The notes under the pieces are model-generated. The model ran no database searches, was not told the DNA's origin, and saw only the letters and a list, made by a program, of their open reading frames with translations. Made by a program: the position numbers and the translations under genes. Shown here piece after piece: positions 1 to 8,855 of a DNA stretch of 48,486 nucleotides (the first letter of the stretch is position 1; each line of letters opens with the position of its first letter). This DNA comes from Myxococcota bacterium (GTDB lineage: Bacteria; Myxococcota; JACRCW01), in NCBI GenBank assembly GCA_040752415.1, contig JBFMGU010000053.1:1-48486 (forward strand). Reading direction: 5' to 3'.

Positions 1-93
1 GACGAGGAGGCCAAGCCGACCAAGAAGAAGGCGTCGTCGAAGAGCAAGGCCAAGAAGAAGACCAAAGCGAAGAGCAAGAAGCGCGGGAAATAG
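1..93 (+). CDS. 3' end of a gene truncated by the window edge; Lys-rich, histone-like C-terminal tail
   Basis: Frame 1 reads DEEAKPTKKKASSKSKAKKKTKAKSKKRGK, then TAG at 91-93; GC3-rich codon usage. Confidence 0.7.
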   Translation, partial: DEEAKPTKKKASSKSKAKKKTKAKSKKRGK

Positions 94-150
94 GGCGGGG
101 CGTAGCGCGGTTGCACGGAGCGGGGAGCCCTCGACGGAGTCACGACCAAC

Positions 151-915
151 ATGGGTGCAGCACAGACGGCATTGCCCGCCTTTGCCCGGGCGTGGCTGGA
201 CCTGATGGAGCAGAAGGACCACTTCTCCTGGCATGACCTGGCCGCCGGGAAGCTCACGCGCGCGCAGCTGCTTGTGCACTACCAGCAGGAGCACGGCGCC
301 TACGTGCGCGACTTCCCCGTCATGCTGGCGCGCGTCATGGGCAAGGGCCCACCCGACGACGTGCGCAAGGCCCTGGCGGAGAACCTGTACGAGGAGCAGA
401 CGGGCGGATTGTCCGGCGTGGGTCCGCACCCCGAGCTCTTCCTGCAGCTCATGGGCGGCGTGGGGTTCAAGCGCAAGCAGATCCTGGATGCGCCGCTGCT
501 GCCCACCACCCTCGCGTACCGCGCGTTCCTGGACGACGCCACCGAGCGACAGGATTGGCTGGTGGGGTACGCGGTGACGTGCATCTTCGTCGAGGGGAGC
601 GCCAAGGAGGGCGTGGCGCTGGGGCTCAAGAAGCCCACCGGGAAGCCCCCGCGGGATGCCGAGGAGGCGGTGGCGGCGCACCCGCTGGTGAAGCACTACG
701 GCGTGCACCCGCGCCACCTGAAGCTCACCCGCGCGCATTTCGCCGTGGAGGGCGGGCACCGCATGGACGCGTGGCGGCTGGCGGTCCGGTATGCGCGGAA
801 TGCCGTCGAGCAGCGGCGGGTGACCGAGGCGCTCCAGACCGCCTTGCAGCTTTGGCACGTGTACCGGGACGGGGTGGCCGCGGAAATGGGGCTGAAGCGC
901 CGGCCCGGCAGGTGA
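151..915 (+). CDS. TenA/PqqC/CADD-like (heme-oxygenase-fold) iron-containing redox enzyme
   Basis: Candidate di-iron ligand motifs ENLYEE..H, FVEG and HFAVEGGH; N-terminal GKLTRAQL helix typical of PqqC/CADD; GGAG upstream of the ATG. Confidence 0.8.
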   Translation: MGAAQTALPAFARAWLDLMEQKDHFSWHDLAAGKLTRAQLLVHYQQEHGAYVRDFPVMLARVMGKGPPDDVRKALAENLYEEQTGGLSGVGPHPELFLQLMGGVGFKRKQILDAPLLPTTLAYRAFLDDATERQDWLVGYAVTCIFVEGSAKEGVALGLKKPTGKPPRDAEEAVAAHPLVKHYGVHPRHLKLTRAHFAVEGGHRMDAWRLAVRYARNAVEQRRVTEALQTALQLWHVYRDGVAAEMGLKRRPGR

Positions 916-951
916 TAAGGAGCCCCCCGACCTTTCCGACAGGGGCTCCCG

Positions 952-1425
952 ATGCGCTTCTTCCTGATCACCACGCTGGCCGCGGCTCTGCTCACCGGAT
1001 GTACCGGGGAGGGGGAGGGCACCACCTCGTCATCCAGCAGCAGCAGCGGCGGCGGCGGGAGCGGTTGCACCGAGCACAGCGACTGCCCCGGCGGCTACGT
1101 CTGCAAGCTCCGCATCTGCCAGACCAGCTGCGACCCGACCAAGGGCGCCATCGTCAACGGCTGTGTGGTGGGCGCGCGCTGCGAGAACAACCAGTGCGTC
1201 AAGAACACCAGCTGCGACGAGAACACCATGTGCGCCTACGACAAGGGCGAGGTGTGCCAGTACTCGACGGGGACGTGCATTGACGCCACCAGCACCTGTG
1301 ACGAGAACAACCAGCCGGAGTGCGCCAATGGCTACAAATGCAACGTGAGCGTGTGCCACGTGGACTGCCAGGGGAGCGCGGGGTGCGCGTCGGGGAAGAC
1401 GTGTAACGGGGGGACGTGCCAGTAG
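952..1425 (+). CDS. Small Cys-rich lipoprotein with Ser/Gly linker
   Basis: Lipobox LLTG-C, poly-Ser linker, then repeated C-x4-5-C-x4-5-C-x4-C units. Confidence 0.8.
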   Translation: MRFFLITTLAAALLTGCTGEGEGTTSSSSSSSGGGGSGCTEHSDCPGGYVCKLRICQTSCDPTKGAIVNGCVVGARCENNQCVKNTSCDENTMCAYDKGEVCQYSTGTCIDATSTCDENNQPECANGYKCNVSVCHVDCQGSAGCASGKTCNGGTCQ

Positions 1426-1436
1426 CGCGCTGACGC

Positions 1437-1740
1437 TGGTGGCGGGTCGGCCCCCCCCACCCGGCCGCCCTTGTTGATTGCACCGATTTCTCGTCGTGGG
1501 CGGCCGACCTCCCCCACGGTGTGGGGAGGCGTAGATGTGCCGCGCCCGCTGGGCACGCTGACCTGGCGCGGCACAAGGCTCCGTTGAGTTCACCGGGCCC
1601 GTGCCGCCCACCGGGAGCAACAACTCAATCGTGGCGGCACATCTACGCCTCCCCACACCGTGGGGGAGGTCGGCCGCCCACGACGAGAAATCGGTGCACT
1701 CAGCAAGGGCGGCCGGGTGGGGGGGGCCGACCCGCCACCA
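1437..1740. mobile_element. Fold-back non-autonomous element (REPIN/MITE-like), copy 1
   Basis: 107-bp inverted arms at 1437-1543 and 1634-1740 (2 mismatches) around a 90-bp spacer; homologous to 44308-44592. Confidence 0.8.
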
Positions 1741-1896
1741 CCCAGGGAGCACGCGGTACCGACGGAGCCCATGCCGTTTGCCGTCGTCACGACGGTCGAT
1801 AGATCCGCCGGGGAGCCCCGCCACGCGTGATGGCGGCTGCGTTCCCGCTGGATGCTGCCGCGGGCGCGGGCCGGTCCTCCCCCAGTGGAGGATGCC

Positions 1897-2322
1897 ATGA
1901 AGTGCCAGGACATCATGAAGAAGGACGTGCAGTGCTGCACGGTGGACGACACCGCCGCCACCGCCGCCGCCCGCATGCGTGACGCCAACGTCGGCTTCAT
2001 GCCGGTGTGCGACCAGAACGGAATCGCCCAGGGGACGGTCACCGACCGCGACCTGTGCATCCGCGTGCTCGCCGACAGCAAGCCCGCCGACACCAAGGTC
2101 TCAGAGGCCATGAGCGCCCGTTTGATCTGCTGTGGCCCCGAAGACGACCTGAAGGTGGCCGAGGACCTGATGCGTGAGCACAAGGTCTCCCGGATCGTCT
2201 GCACCGACAACAAGGGCAAGCCGCTGGGCGTCATCAGCCTGTCCGACATTGCCGACGTGGAGCGGCGCGGCAGGGCGGCGGACGTGCTGAAGAGCGTGTC
2301 GCACCGCGAGCTCCGGATGTAG
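1897..2322 (+). CDS. CBS domain-containing protein
   Basis: Tandem CBS motifs (DIMKKDV..., GTVTDRD, GVISLSDI); GGAGG RBS before ATG 1897. Confidence 0.9.
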   Translation: MKCQDIMKKDVQCCTVDDTAATAAARMRDANVGFMPVCDQNGIAQGTVTDRDLCIRVLADSKPADTKVSEAMSARLICCGPEDDLKVAEDLMREHKVSRIVCTDNKGKPLGVISLSDIADVERRGRAADVLKSVSHRELRM

Positions 2323-2392
2323 CGACGGAGCGGAACACGAAATGCAATTCAACGCGGAAGGACACGGCCCGCGCACGGAAGGAATGTGCTGC

Positions 2393-3829
2393 TCACTCCG
2401 CGCGCGGGCTGCGCGTGCCGAATCGCTGGCTCATCACCAGGGTCACCGCCGCAATGGCCAGGTGGCCCAGCATGAATGCCGTCGGGATGCTCAGGCCAAA
2501 GGGGCCGGGCGTGGGCGACACCGTCGACGGGGAAGCCTGGTCCAGCATGACGCCGGGGTGCAGCCACAGCAGCATGAACGAAGGCGCGGCGGTCAGGTTC
2601 TGGTGACCGGTGATGAACGCCAGCACCGGCGGGATGAACAGCACGAACATCAGGCCCGCCAACGCCACGCCCTGTCGCAATCCGCGACGGATGGGCAGCA
2701 GCCGCGTCAACGACGCAACTCCCGCGCACGACGCGAAGAAGGGCACCAGGGCCATGCACCCGGACATCGTCACTGGTTTCACGTCGAGGTTGCGCAGCGC
2801 CAGCGAGGGAACCGCCGTCGCAGCCACCACGGTGGCCCCCACGTAGAACAGCACGCCCACCAGCGGGTTGCCGCGCCACAGCACGCTCGCCGCCACGTCG
2901 GTGCGCACCGGCGGATCCTCGGTGGCGAAGATGAGCGAGGCCACGGTGAGCACGAAGGCCAACGCCAGCAGCAGCGAGACGGTCAGCTGCGTGAGGTTGG
3001 TGGACTCCAGCCCGCCCACGAGCCCCGCGGCCAGCATTCCCGTCGTCACAATGAAGAGCAGGTTCTTGCGCGCGGCCGGCGCGGGGTCGTGGGACGCGGG
3101 AGAAATGCCCGTCACCGACGCCAGCAGCGCCGCGGAGGTGCACCACAACATCACCACGCTGCCCAACGCGAGGGACGCCGCCACCTCCATGGGCGCCTTC
3201 CCGGTGGCATACGCCACACCAATCCCGCCGAGCGCGGGCAACCCGATGGGCAGCATCAGCGCCAGGTTCACGCCGTACGTGCTGCTGATGGCCGCCTTGG
3301 AGAGCGTGGCGCGCGCGCTCCCGAACAATCCCGCGGCGAGAAGCATGGCCAGCAACAACGCCACCGCCGCGTACGCCACCACCAGGTGCCACAACGCCAC
3401 GCCGCCGTAGAGCCAGGAGAAACACGCCGCCGGCACCGAGGCCGCCACCACCATCAATCCCTGCACCATCCCCGAGGTGAACTTCCCCAGCACGATGTCG
3501 CCGGGGCGGAGGCGGGTGCACAGCAGCAGGTCCAGCGTGCGCCGTTCGCGCTCCTCGCTGATGGAGGTGGCGGTGAGCGCGGGCGCGGTGAGGATGAGCA
3601 GACCAGACAGCGCGGTGAGCACCGCCACGAACATCTCGCGGCCGAAGGGGTCGGGGCCCTGCTTGAGCACGTCGCTGAAGGCGTGATTGGCGGCGGCCAC
3701 GCCCACCGCGGCAATGCTGGTGATGACCAGCGTGATGAACTGCGTGATGGCGGTGCGCCGCTTGCGCAGGCCCACCAGCATCTCCCGTTCCGCCAGCGGC
3801 GCGAACGAGCTCCAGGCCGCGGTGCTCAT
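2393..3829 (-). CDS. ABC-2 type transporter permease
   Basis: Multi-TM protein with ISEERERRTLDLLLCTRL...IVLGKF motif; ATG overlaps the stop of the upstream ATPase. Confidence 0.85.
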   Translation of the reverse strand: MSTAAWSSFAPLAEREMLVGLRKRRTAITQFITLVITSIAAVGVAAANHAFSDVLKQGPDPFGREMFVAVLTALSGLLILTAPALTATSISEERERRTLDLLLCTRLRPGDIVLGKFTSGMVQGLMVVAASVPAACFSWLYGGVALWHLVVAYAAVALLLAMLLAAGLFGSARATLSKAAISSTYGVNLALMLPIGLPALGGIGVAYATGKAPMEVAASLALGSVVMLWCTSAALLASVTGISPASHDPAPAARKNLLFIVTTGMLAAGLVGGLESTNLTQLTVSLLLALAFVLTVASLIFATEDPPVRTDVAASVLWRGNPLVGVLFYVGATVVAATAVPSLALRNLDVKPVTMSGCMALVPFFASCAGVASLTRLLPIRRGLRQGVALAGLMFVLFIPPVLAFITGHQNLTAAPSFMLLWLHPGVMLDQASPSTVSPTPGPFGLSIPTAFMLGHLAIAAVTLVMSQRFGTRSPRAE

Positions 3830-4830
3830 TGCAGCTCTCCCTTCGTCACCGTCATGAACAACGCTTCCAGGTTGGGGCGGTGCGGGATGACGGCGCACAC
3901 CTGCACGTCCGCTTCCACCAACGTCTTCACCAGCTCCGCCACCTGCGCGGGTCCGCCGGTGAGCCCGTCGCCCTCGCGCAGCACCACCTCCAGGAACTCC
4001 GCTTCCCGGATCACGCTCTGCACCAAGGGCAACGAGCGCAGCAGCACCTCGGCGGGACCACCGTCGCCCATCACCTCGATGCGCACGCGCGCCTCCACGC
4101 GCTTGGCGTTGTCCGCCCACGCCGCATCCACCGCGCCGCTGGCCTTCACCACCCCGCGCTCCAGGATGAGCACGCGGTCCACCATGTCGGACAGCTCACT
4201 GAGGATGTGGCTGCTGATGAGGATGGTCTTGCCAGCGCGTCGCAGGTCCTTCAGCAATTCACGCAGCTCGATGCGCGCGCGCGGGTCCAGTCCGGCCGCG
4301 GGCTCGTCGAGGAAGAGCACCGGCGGGTCATGCACCAGCGCACACGCCACGCACGCGCGCTGACTCATGCCCTTGCTCAGCGCATTGGCCGGCCGGTCCA
4401 GCACCGCGGAGAGTCCCGCCTGCGTCAGCGCGCGCGTGGCCGCCACCTCGGCGCGGTCACGGGAAAGACCCTGCGCGGAGGCAAAGAAGCGCACCATCTC
4501 GAAGACGGTGAGCCCCTCGTAGAGGCCGGCGTAGTCGGGCACGTAGCCAAAGCGGCTGCGCACCTCGTCGCGGCGGGCCGCCACGTCGACGTTGTCGATG
4601 AAGCGCAGACCCTCGTCCGGCTCGTCGAGACCGGCCAGGATGCGCAGGAGCGTGGTCTTCCCGGCGCCGTTGGGACCAATCAGGCCGCAGATGCTGCCGG
4701 CGGGAATGTCGAAGGAGACGTTCTGCAACGCCGCCACGCGGCCAAAACGTCGCGAGAGGCCCTGCGCGCGGATGGCCGAGGCGCGGGACGCGGGAGCAGG
4801 GATGGGAAGGGGCGCGGTTTCCGTGGTCAC
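3826..4830 (-). CDS. ABC transporter ATP-binding protein
   Basis: Walker A GPNGAGKT, signature LSKGM, Walker B LFLDEP, H-loop SSH; GTG start overlaps the upstream stop. Confidence 0.95.
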   Translation of the reverse strand: MTTETAPLPIPAPASRASAIRAQGLSRRFGRVAALQNVSFDIPAGSICGLIGPNGAGKTTLLRILAGLDEPDEGLRFIDNVDVAARRDEVRSRFGYVPDYAGLYEGLTVFEMVRFFASAQGLSRDRAEVAATRALTQAGLSAVLDRPANALSKGMSQRACVACALVHDPPVLFLDEPAAGLDPRARIELRELLKDLRRAGKTILISSHILSELSDMVDRVLILERGVVKASGAVDAAWADNAKRVEARVRIEVMGDGGPAEVLLRSLPLVQSVIREAEFLEVVLREGDGLTGGPAQVAELVKTLVEADVQVCAVIPHRPNLEALFMTVTKGELQ

Positions 4831-6431
4831 AGCGACTTCCCCTTCTGCGGCAGCACGTACAACCACCGGCTCTCCATGCTCCGCCCGTCGGGAAGCGCGC
4901 TGAAGGTCTGGGGCAGCTGCGGCACGGTCCCCTCCGCCAGCGGCGTCACCACCCCGCGCATGTGCAGGCAACGCTCCAACAGCACGCGGCCCAAGGCCTC
5001 GGGCAGCTCGCGGGCGCTGAGGTCGGACTCCTCGGGGGCGCTGCCGCACCTGAACGCCTCGCTCGACGGACCGCCCACGCTCACGGTGAACCGGCTCCCG
5101 TCGGAGGCGTTGGGAGACACGTTCAGCGGCACCACGTCCACCGCGTCCCAGGTCTCCTGAGTCCTCGTCGGGGTTTCCTCCTTGGGCTCGGTGCGGATGA
5201 CCCACGCGGTCTCACTGGTTGGCGCCTTCAGCTCACCCACGGTGGCCTCCGCGGTGCGCACCAACGCCACCGGGGCGCCCTCGCGCGCGTCCACGGTCAC
5301 CAGGCGCACCGACGTGGGCGCGGCCCCTGCCGTGAACGCCAGCGCGGCCATCACCACGCCCCCCACCACGGGAACCGAGGCCTGCACCAGCAACGCCCGC
5401 GTCATCCGTTGCCGACGCGTCAGGTACAGCGCCCCCGCCATCCCCAGCAGCACCAGCACCAGCGTGGCCAGGCCCATGCGCGCGTCGGGGCGGTGGGCCA
5501 GGAGACCGCTGGCGGCCTGCGCGTCGGTCATGGGCTGCATCCCGCGCACCGTCTGCTCCTCCAGCATGCCGAGGGTGACCTGGAACTCGCGCAGCCCCTC
5601 CATCAGCTCATGCGGCGCCACGCGCCCGTGCTCCCCGACGAGAACCGGCGGATCCTGGCAGCTTCCGTGCGTGGGCAGGGTGGCGTTCCCCAGCGAGACC
5701 ACGCCGCCACGCGCGCAGTGGAAGAGCCGCAGCGCCAGCCCCTGCTTCTCGGGGATCCGCGCGTCCGGACCCAGCACCACCGCCGCCACACCCAGGTAGA
5801 CCGCCGGCGTGGCGGGCAGCGCGGAAGGAGGCATCCAGTGCACGGGGCGTTCCCCGGCGTAGCCACGCAGCTCCTCCGCCAGCGCCAGGCTCTGCTCCCC
5901 GCCCACGACGAGAAGCGGGAGACTCAGCTGCCGGCCGTTGTACAGCGAGATCGCCACGGGCGCGGAACGCACACCGCCGGTGTTGAGGATGAGGTTCAGG
6001 ATCATGTTGCCGGGGCGGGGCACCGCCACCAGCTCGCCGCCACGACGCACCGCGTGCAGCTCCTTGCGCCACACCACCGTGCCCTTGCCGTCCTCCAGGA
6101 TGACCTGGCCCACGCGCGGGCCTTCCACCTCCAGCCACATCAAGACGGGGTAGCCGCCGTAGCCCGGGTTCAACATCCCCGCCGTCACGTGCACCTGGCC
6201 CTGGCTCGCCGTCACCGTGGTCACCGCGGAGTTGCCCGGGCTCATGGGTGGCTCCAGATCCGGGTTGTCGGTGGTCTGGGGCGGGGTGGGGGCGTCGTCG
6301 CTGCCGTCCAGGGAGGGTGGGCGGTTGCTCGGGTCGTCCGGGTCATCCGACTGGGCCAGGAGCGGTCCCGTCGTCAGTGCCGCGGAGAACACGGCGGCCA
6401 GACACAGCGGGACCAGGCGGTACAAGCGCAT
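4827..6431 (-). CDS. Exported/membrane hypothetical protein associated with the ABC exporter
   Basis: Signal peptide (MRLYRLVPLCLAAVF...LLAQ), acidic Pro-rich linker, two internal TM segments; first gene of a three-gene overlapping operon. Confidence 0.7.
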   Translation of the reverse strand: MRLYRLVPLCLAAVFSAALTTGPLLAQSDDPDDPSNRPPSLDGSDDAPTPPQTTDNPDLEPPMSPGNSAVTTVTASQGQVHVTAGMLNPGYGGYPVLMWLEVEGPRVGQVILEDGKGTVVWRKELHAVRRGGELVAVPRPGNMILNLILNTGGVRSAPVAISLYNGRQLSLPLLVVGGEQSLALAEELRGYAGERPVHWMPPSALPATPAVYLGVAAVVLGPDARIPEKQGLALRLFHCARGGVVSLGNATLPTHGSCQDPPVLVGEHGRVAPHELMEGLREFQVTLGMLEEQTVRGMQPMTDAQAASGLLAHRPDARMGLATLVLVLLGMAGALYLTRRQRMTRALLVQASVPVVGGVVMAALAFTAGAAPTSVRLVTVDAREGAPVALVRTAEATVGELKAPTSETAWVIRTEPKEETPTRTQETWDAVDVVPLNVSPNASDGSRFTVSVGGPSSEAFRCGSAPEESDLSARELPEALGRVLLERCLHMRGVVTPLAEGTVPQLPQTFSALPDGRSMESRWLYVLPQKGKSL

Positions 6432-6508
6432 GGCGGCCTCTCTAGCAACCGGCCCCTCCCCGAGCGAGTCACCCCGCCGCCATCCCCACGCCCGGACGGA
6501 CCCCCGGC

Positions 6509-6537
6509 TTGACATTCCAGGCGGCCCTCACCATATG
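6509..6537 (+). promoter_or_regulatory. Putative sigma70-type promoter for the 6619-9440 operon
   Basis: Perfect -35 TTGACA at 6509-6514; weak -10 (CATATG) 17 bp downstream; followed by a GCCCC..GGAGG/CCTCC..GGGGC hairpin at ~6543-6571. Confidence 0.45.
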
Positions 6538-6618
6538 TGCGCGCCCCTTGGGAGGAATTCCCTCCTGGGGCCCGGCCTCAAGCCTTCAAGGCGGTCGGAA
6601 CCCAACCTGGAGAGCCAC

Positions 6619-6828
6619 ATGGCAGCCACCAAAGGTCCTCAGCCCAAGCACCTGGATAAGCGCGTGGTGGACCGCTACCTGCGCCGCGGCGTGCTCAATG
6701 ACAAGGATTTCAAGCAGTACCTGAAGGACCTCCCGGACCAGGAAGGCCACTACGACGTGGTGGAGGTCCCCGAGGCCGGCGCCGACGAGGAAGAGGGCGA
6801 CGGCGAGGCGGCGGAGGCACAGGCGTGA
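6619..6828 (+). CDS. Small hypothetical protein (69 aa) with acidic tail
   Basis: GGAG RBS; DKRVVDRYLRRG...YLKDLPD core; stop overlaps the start of the HtrA gene. Confidence 0.75.
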   Translation: MAATKGPQPKHLDKRVVDRYLRRGVLNDKDFKQYLKDLPDQEGHYDVVEVPEAGADEEEGDGEAAEAQA

Positions 6829-8198
6829 TGACCCGCGCGAGCGTCGTGGCGCTGGCGGGCGTGGCCCTGCTGGTCGCGCCCGGCGTCTCCACCGGCCACA
6901 ATTCGTCCGCGGATGACCTGCGCAGGACCGCCGTGGTGGAGGCGGTGGAGCGCGTGGGTCCCGCCGTGGTCAACGTCTCCACGGAAGAGCTGGTGCGTCA
7001 CCGGGTGTTCACCGGCGACGACGCCGAGGCGTTCTTCCACGACTTCTTCGAGCCCAAGTACCGCTCGCAGATGGAGACCACCAGCCTGGGCTCCGGCGTC
7101 CTCATTGACGCCGAGGGCCACATCCTCACCAACTTCCACGTGGTCCAGCGCGGCGCGCGCATCAAGGTGACGCTGCCGGACCGTCGGGAGTACCGCGCCA
7201 AGGTCCTGGGCACCGACCCCGACCTGGACCTCGCCGTCCTCAAGATCGAGGACAAGGACCCGCTGCCCTTCGTCAAGATGGGCGACAGCGCCGCGCTCCT
7301 CACCGGCGAGCCGGTCATCGCCATCGGCAACCCGTTCGGGCTCAGCCAGACGGTGACCACCGGCATTGTCTCCGCCACGCACCGCACCATCAACGCGGGC
7401 GAGACCACGTTCTACGACTTCATCCAGACCGACGCGTCCATCAACCCCGGCAACTCCGGCGGCCCGCTGCTCAACATCCACGGCGAGCTGATTGGCATCA
7501 ACACCGCCATCTACGGCCGCGCGCAGGGCATTGGCTTTGCCATTCCCATCAACCGCGCCCGTCGCATCTCCCAGGACTTCATCAAGTACGGCGAGGTCCG
7601 TCCCGCCTACGTGGGCATGGACCTGGCGCCCGTGGATGAGGGCAAGGCCAAGGAGGCAGGGCTGCGTCGCGCGGAGGGCGTGCTGGTGGTGGGCGTGGAG
7701 GCGGGTGGACCGGCGGAGCGCGGCGGCGTGCGCGCGGGCGACGTGCTCCTGGCGGTGGAGAAGTACCCCATCCTGACGCCGGGAGATTACAGCGCCAAGA
7801 TGCGCGACTACTCCGCCGGCAACACCGTCAACCTGGACGTGGCGCGTGGCAAGGAGCGGCTGCAGCTCACCATCACCGCGGCGGAGATCCCGCTGACGTT
7901 GGCCGACCGCATCCTCAAGGCCCAGCTGGGCATGGTGGTGGAGGAGCTCAACGGCAAGAACGCGCAGCGTTTCCGCGTGCGGGAGCAGAAGGCCCTCGTC
8001 ATCGTCTCGGTGGACGGCAAGCTCCAGGCGGGCAAGGCGCGGCTGCAGCCCGGCGACATCATCCGCCAGGTGGACAGCGTCTCGGTGGAGGACCTGGACA
8101 CGCTGCGCAAGCAGGTGATCAAGGCGCGTCGACGCGGGACGGTGGAGATCCTGGTGGAGCGCGGCCGGGCCCGGGAAGTGTTTGCATTCAAGCTGTGA
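6825..8198 (+). CDS. HtrA/DegQ family serine protease with two PDZ domains
   Basis: LTNFHVV, DLAVLK and INPGNSGGPL catalytic motifs; PDZ-like segments; signal peptide. Confidence 0.95.
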   Translation: MMTRASVVALAGVALLVAPGVSTGHNSSADDLRRTAVVEAVERVGPAVVNVSTEELVRHRVFTGDDAEAFFHDFFEPKYRSQMETTSLGSGVLIDAEGHILTNFHVVQRGARIKVTLPDRREYRAKVLGTDPDLDLAVLKIEDKDPLPFVKMGDSAALLTGEPVIAIGNPFGLSQTVTTGIVSATHRTINAGETTFYDFIQTDASINPGNSGGPLLNIHGELIGINTAIYGRAQGIGFAIPINRARRISQDFIKYGEVRPAYVGMDLAPVDEGKAKEAGLRRAEGVLVVGVEAGGPAERGGVRAGDVLLAVEKYPILTPGDYSAKMRDYSAGNTVNLDVARGKERLQLTITAAEIPLTLADRILKAQLGMVVEELNGKNAQRFRVREQKALVIVSVDGKLQAGKARLQPGDIIRQVDSVSVEDLDTLRKQVIKARRRGTVEILVERGRAREVFAFKL

Positions 8199-8263
8199 GT
8201 GCTTATTGAACTGGGGATGTGCCCCGCTGCGTCGTCACGGGGCGCAGGAGCCGGGAGAGGACC

Positions 8264-8845
8264 ATGGTCGAGAAGGGTCGCGAGCAGGAGGAGAGCAAGA
8301 GCGCTTTCAAGGTGGTGGACCGTCGCCGGTTTGATACCGAGGGCAACGTCCGCCAGGACGTGCCGGAGTCCACCCGGCCGCCGGAGCCCACGCCCCCGCC
8401 GCCTCCGCCTCGCGCCGCTCCGCAGCCCAACGGTGGTGCCCGCGCCGCGCAGCCCGCCGAGGAGGCCCCCGCGCCCAAGGCCGCCGCGCCCATCTCCCCG
8501 GAAGCCCAGGCCGCCAAGAACGCCTACGACGCCACCGGCGGCGGTGGGCCGGCCATCGACTTCCTGGCGTTCCTGCAGAGCCTGGGACAGCAGGCGCTGA
8601 TGCAGCTGGGGCTGATCCCGTACCCGGATACCGGGCTGGTGGAGCCCAGCCTGCCGCTCGCCCGTCAGACCATCGACATCCTGGGCATGCTGCAGGCCAA
8701 GACGCGCGGGAACCTGGGCCCCAAGGAGGAGCGCTTCATGGAGGCGCTGCTCTACGACCTGCGCATGGCCTACGTGAAAGTCACCGAGGCGGCGATGGCG
8801 CAGGCGATGCCGCCGGGATTGAACCTCAAGAAGAAGCCCAAGTAA
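8264..8845 (+). CDS. DUF1844 domain-containing protein
   Basis: FKVVDRRRF N-terminus, Pro-rich linker, ALMQLG...ARQTIDILGMLQAKTRGNL...LYDLRMAYV. Confidence 0.85.
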   Translation: MVEKGREQEESKSAFKVVDRRRFDTEGNVRQDVPESTRPPEPTPPPPPPRAAPQPNGGARAAQPAEEAPAPKAAAPISPEAQAAKNAYDATGGGGPAIDFLAFLQSLGQQALMQLGLIPYPDTGLVEPSLPLARQTIDILGMLQAKTRGNLGPKEERFMEALLYDLRMAYVKVTEAAMAQAMPPGLNLKKKPK

Positions 8846-8855
8846 CCGCGGCGGG

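Noticed and set aside
1437..1740. Possible CRISPR array or retron msr-msd
   Set aside because: The repeats are inverted, not direct with unique spacers; no cas or reverse transcriptase gene in the window
1521..1802. ORFs containing RHIYASPHRGGGRPP or HLRLPTPWGRSAA on both strands, here and near 44363-44560
   Set aside because: Translations of the palindromic element; the frames are not preserved between copies (indels), so not a protein family
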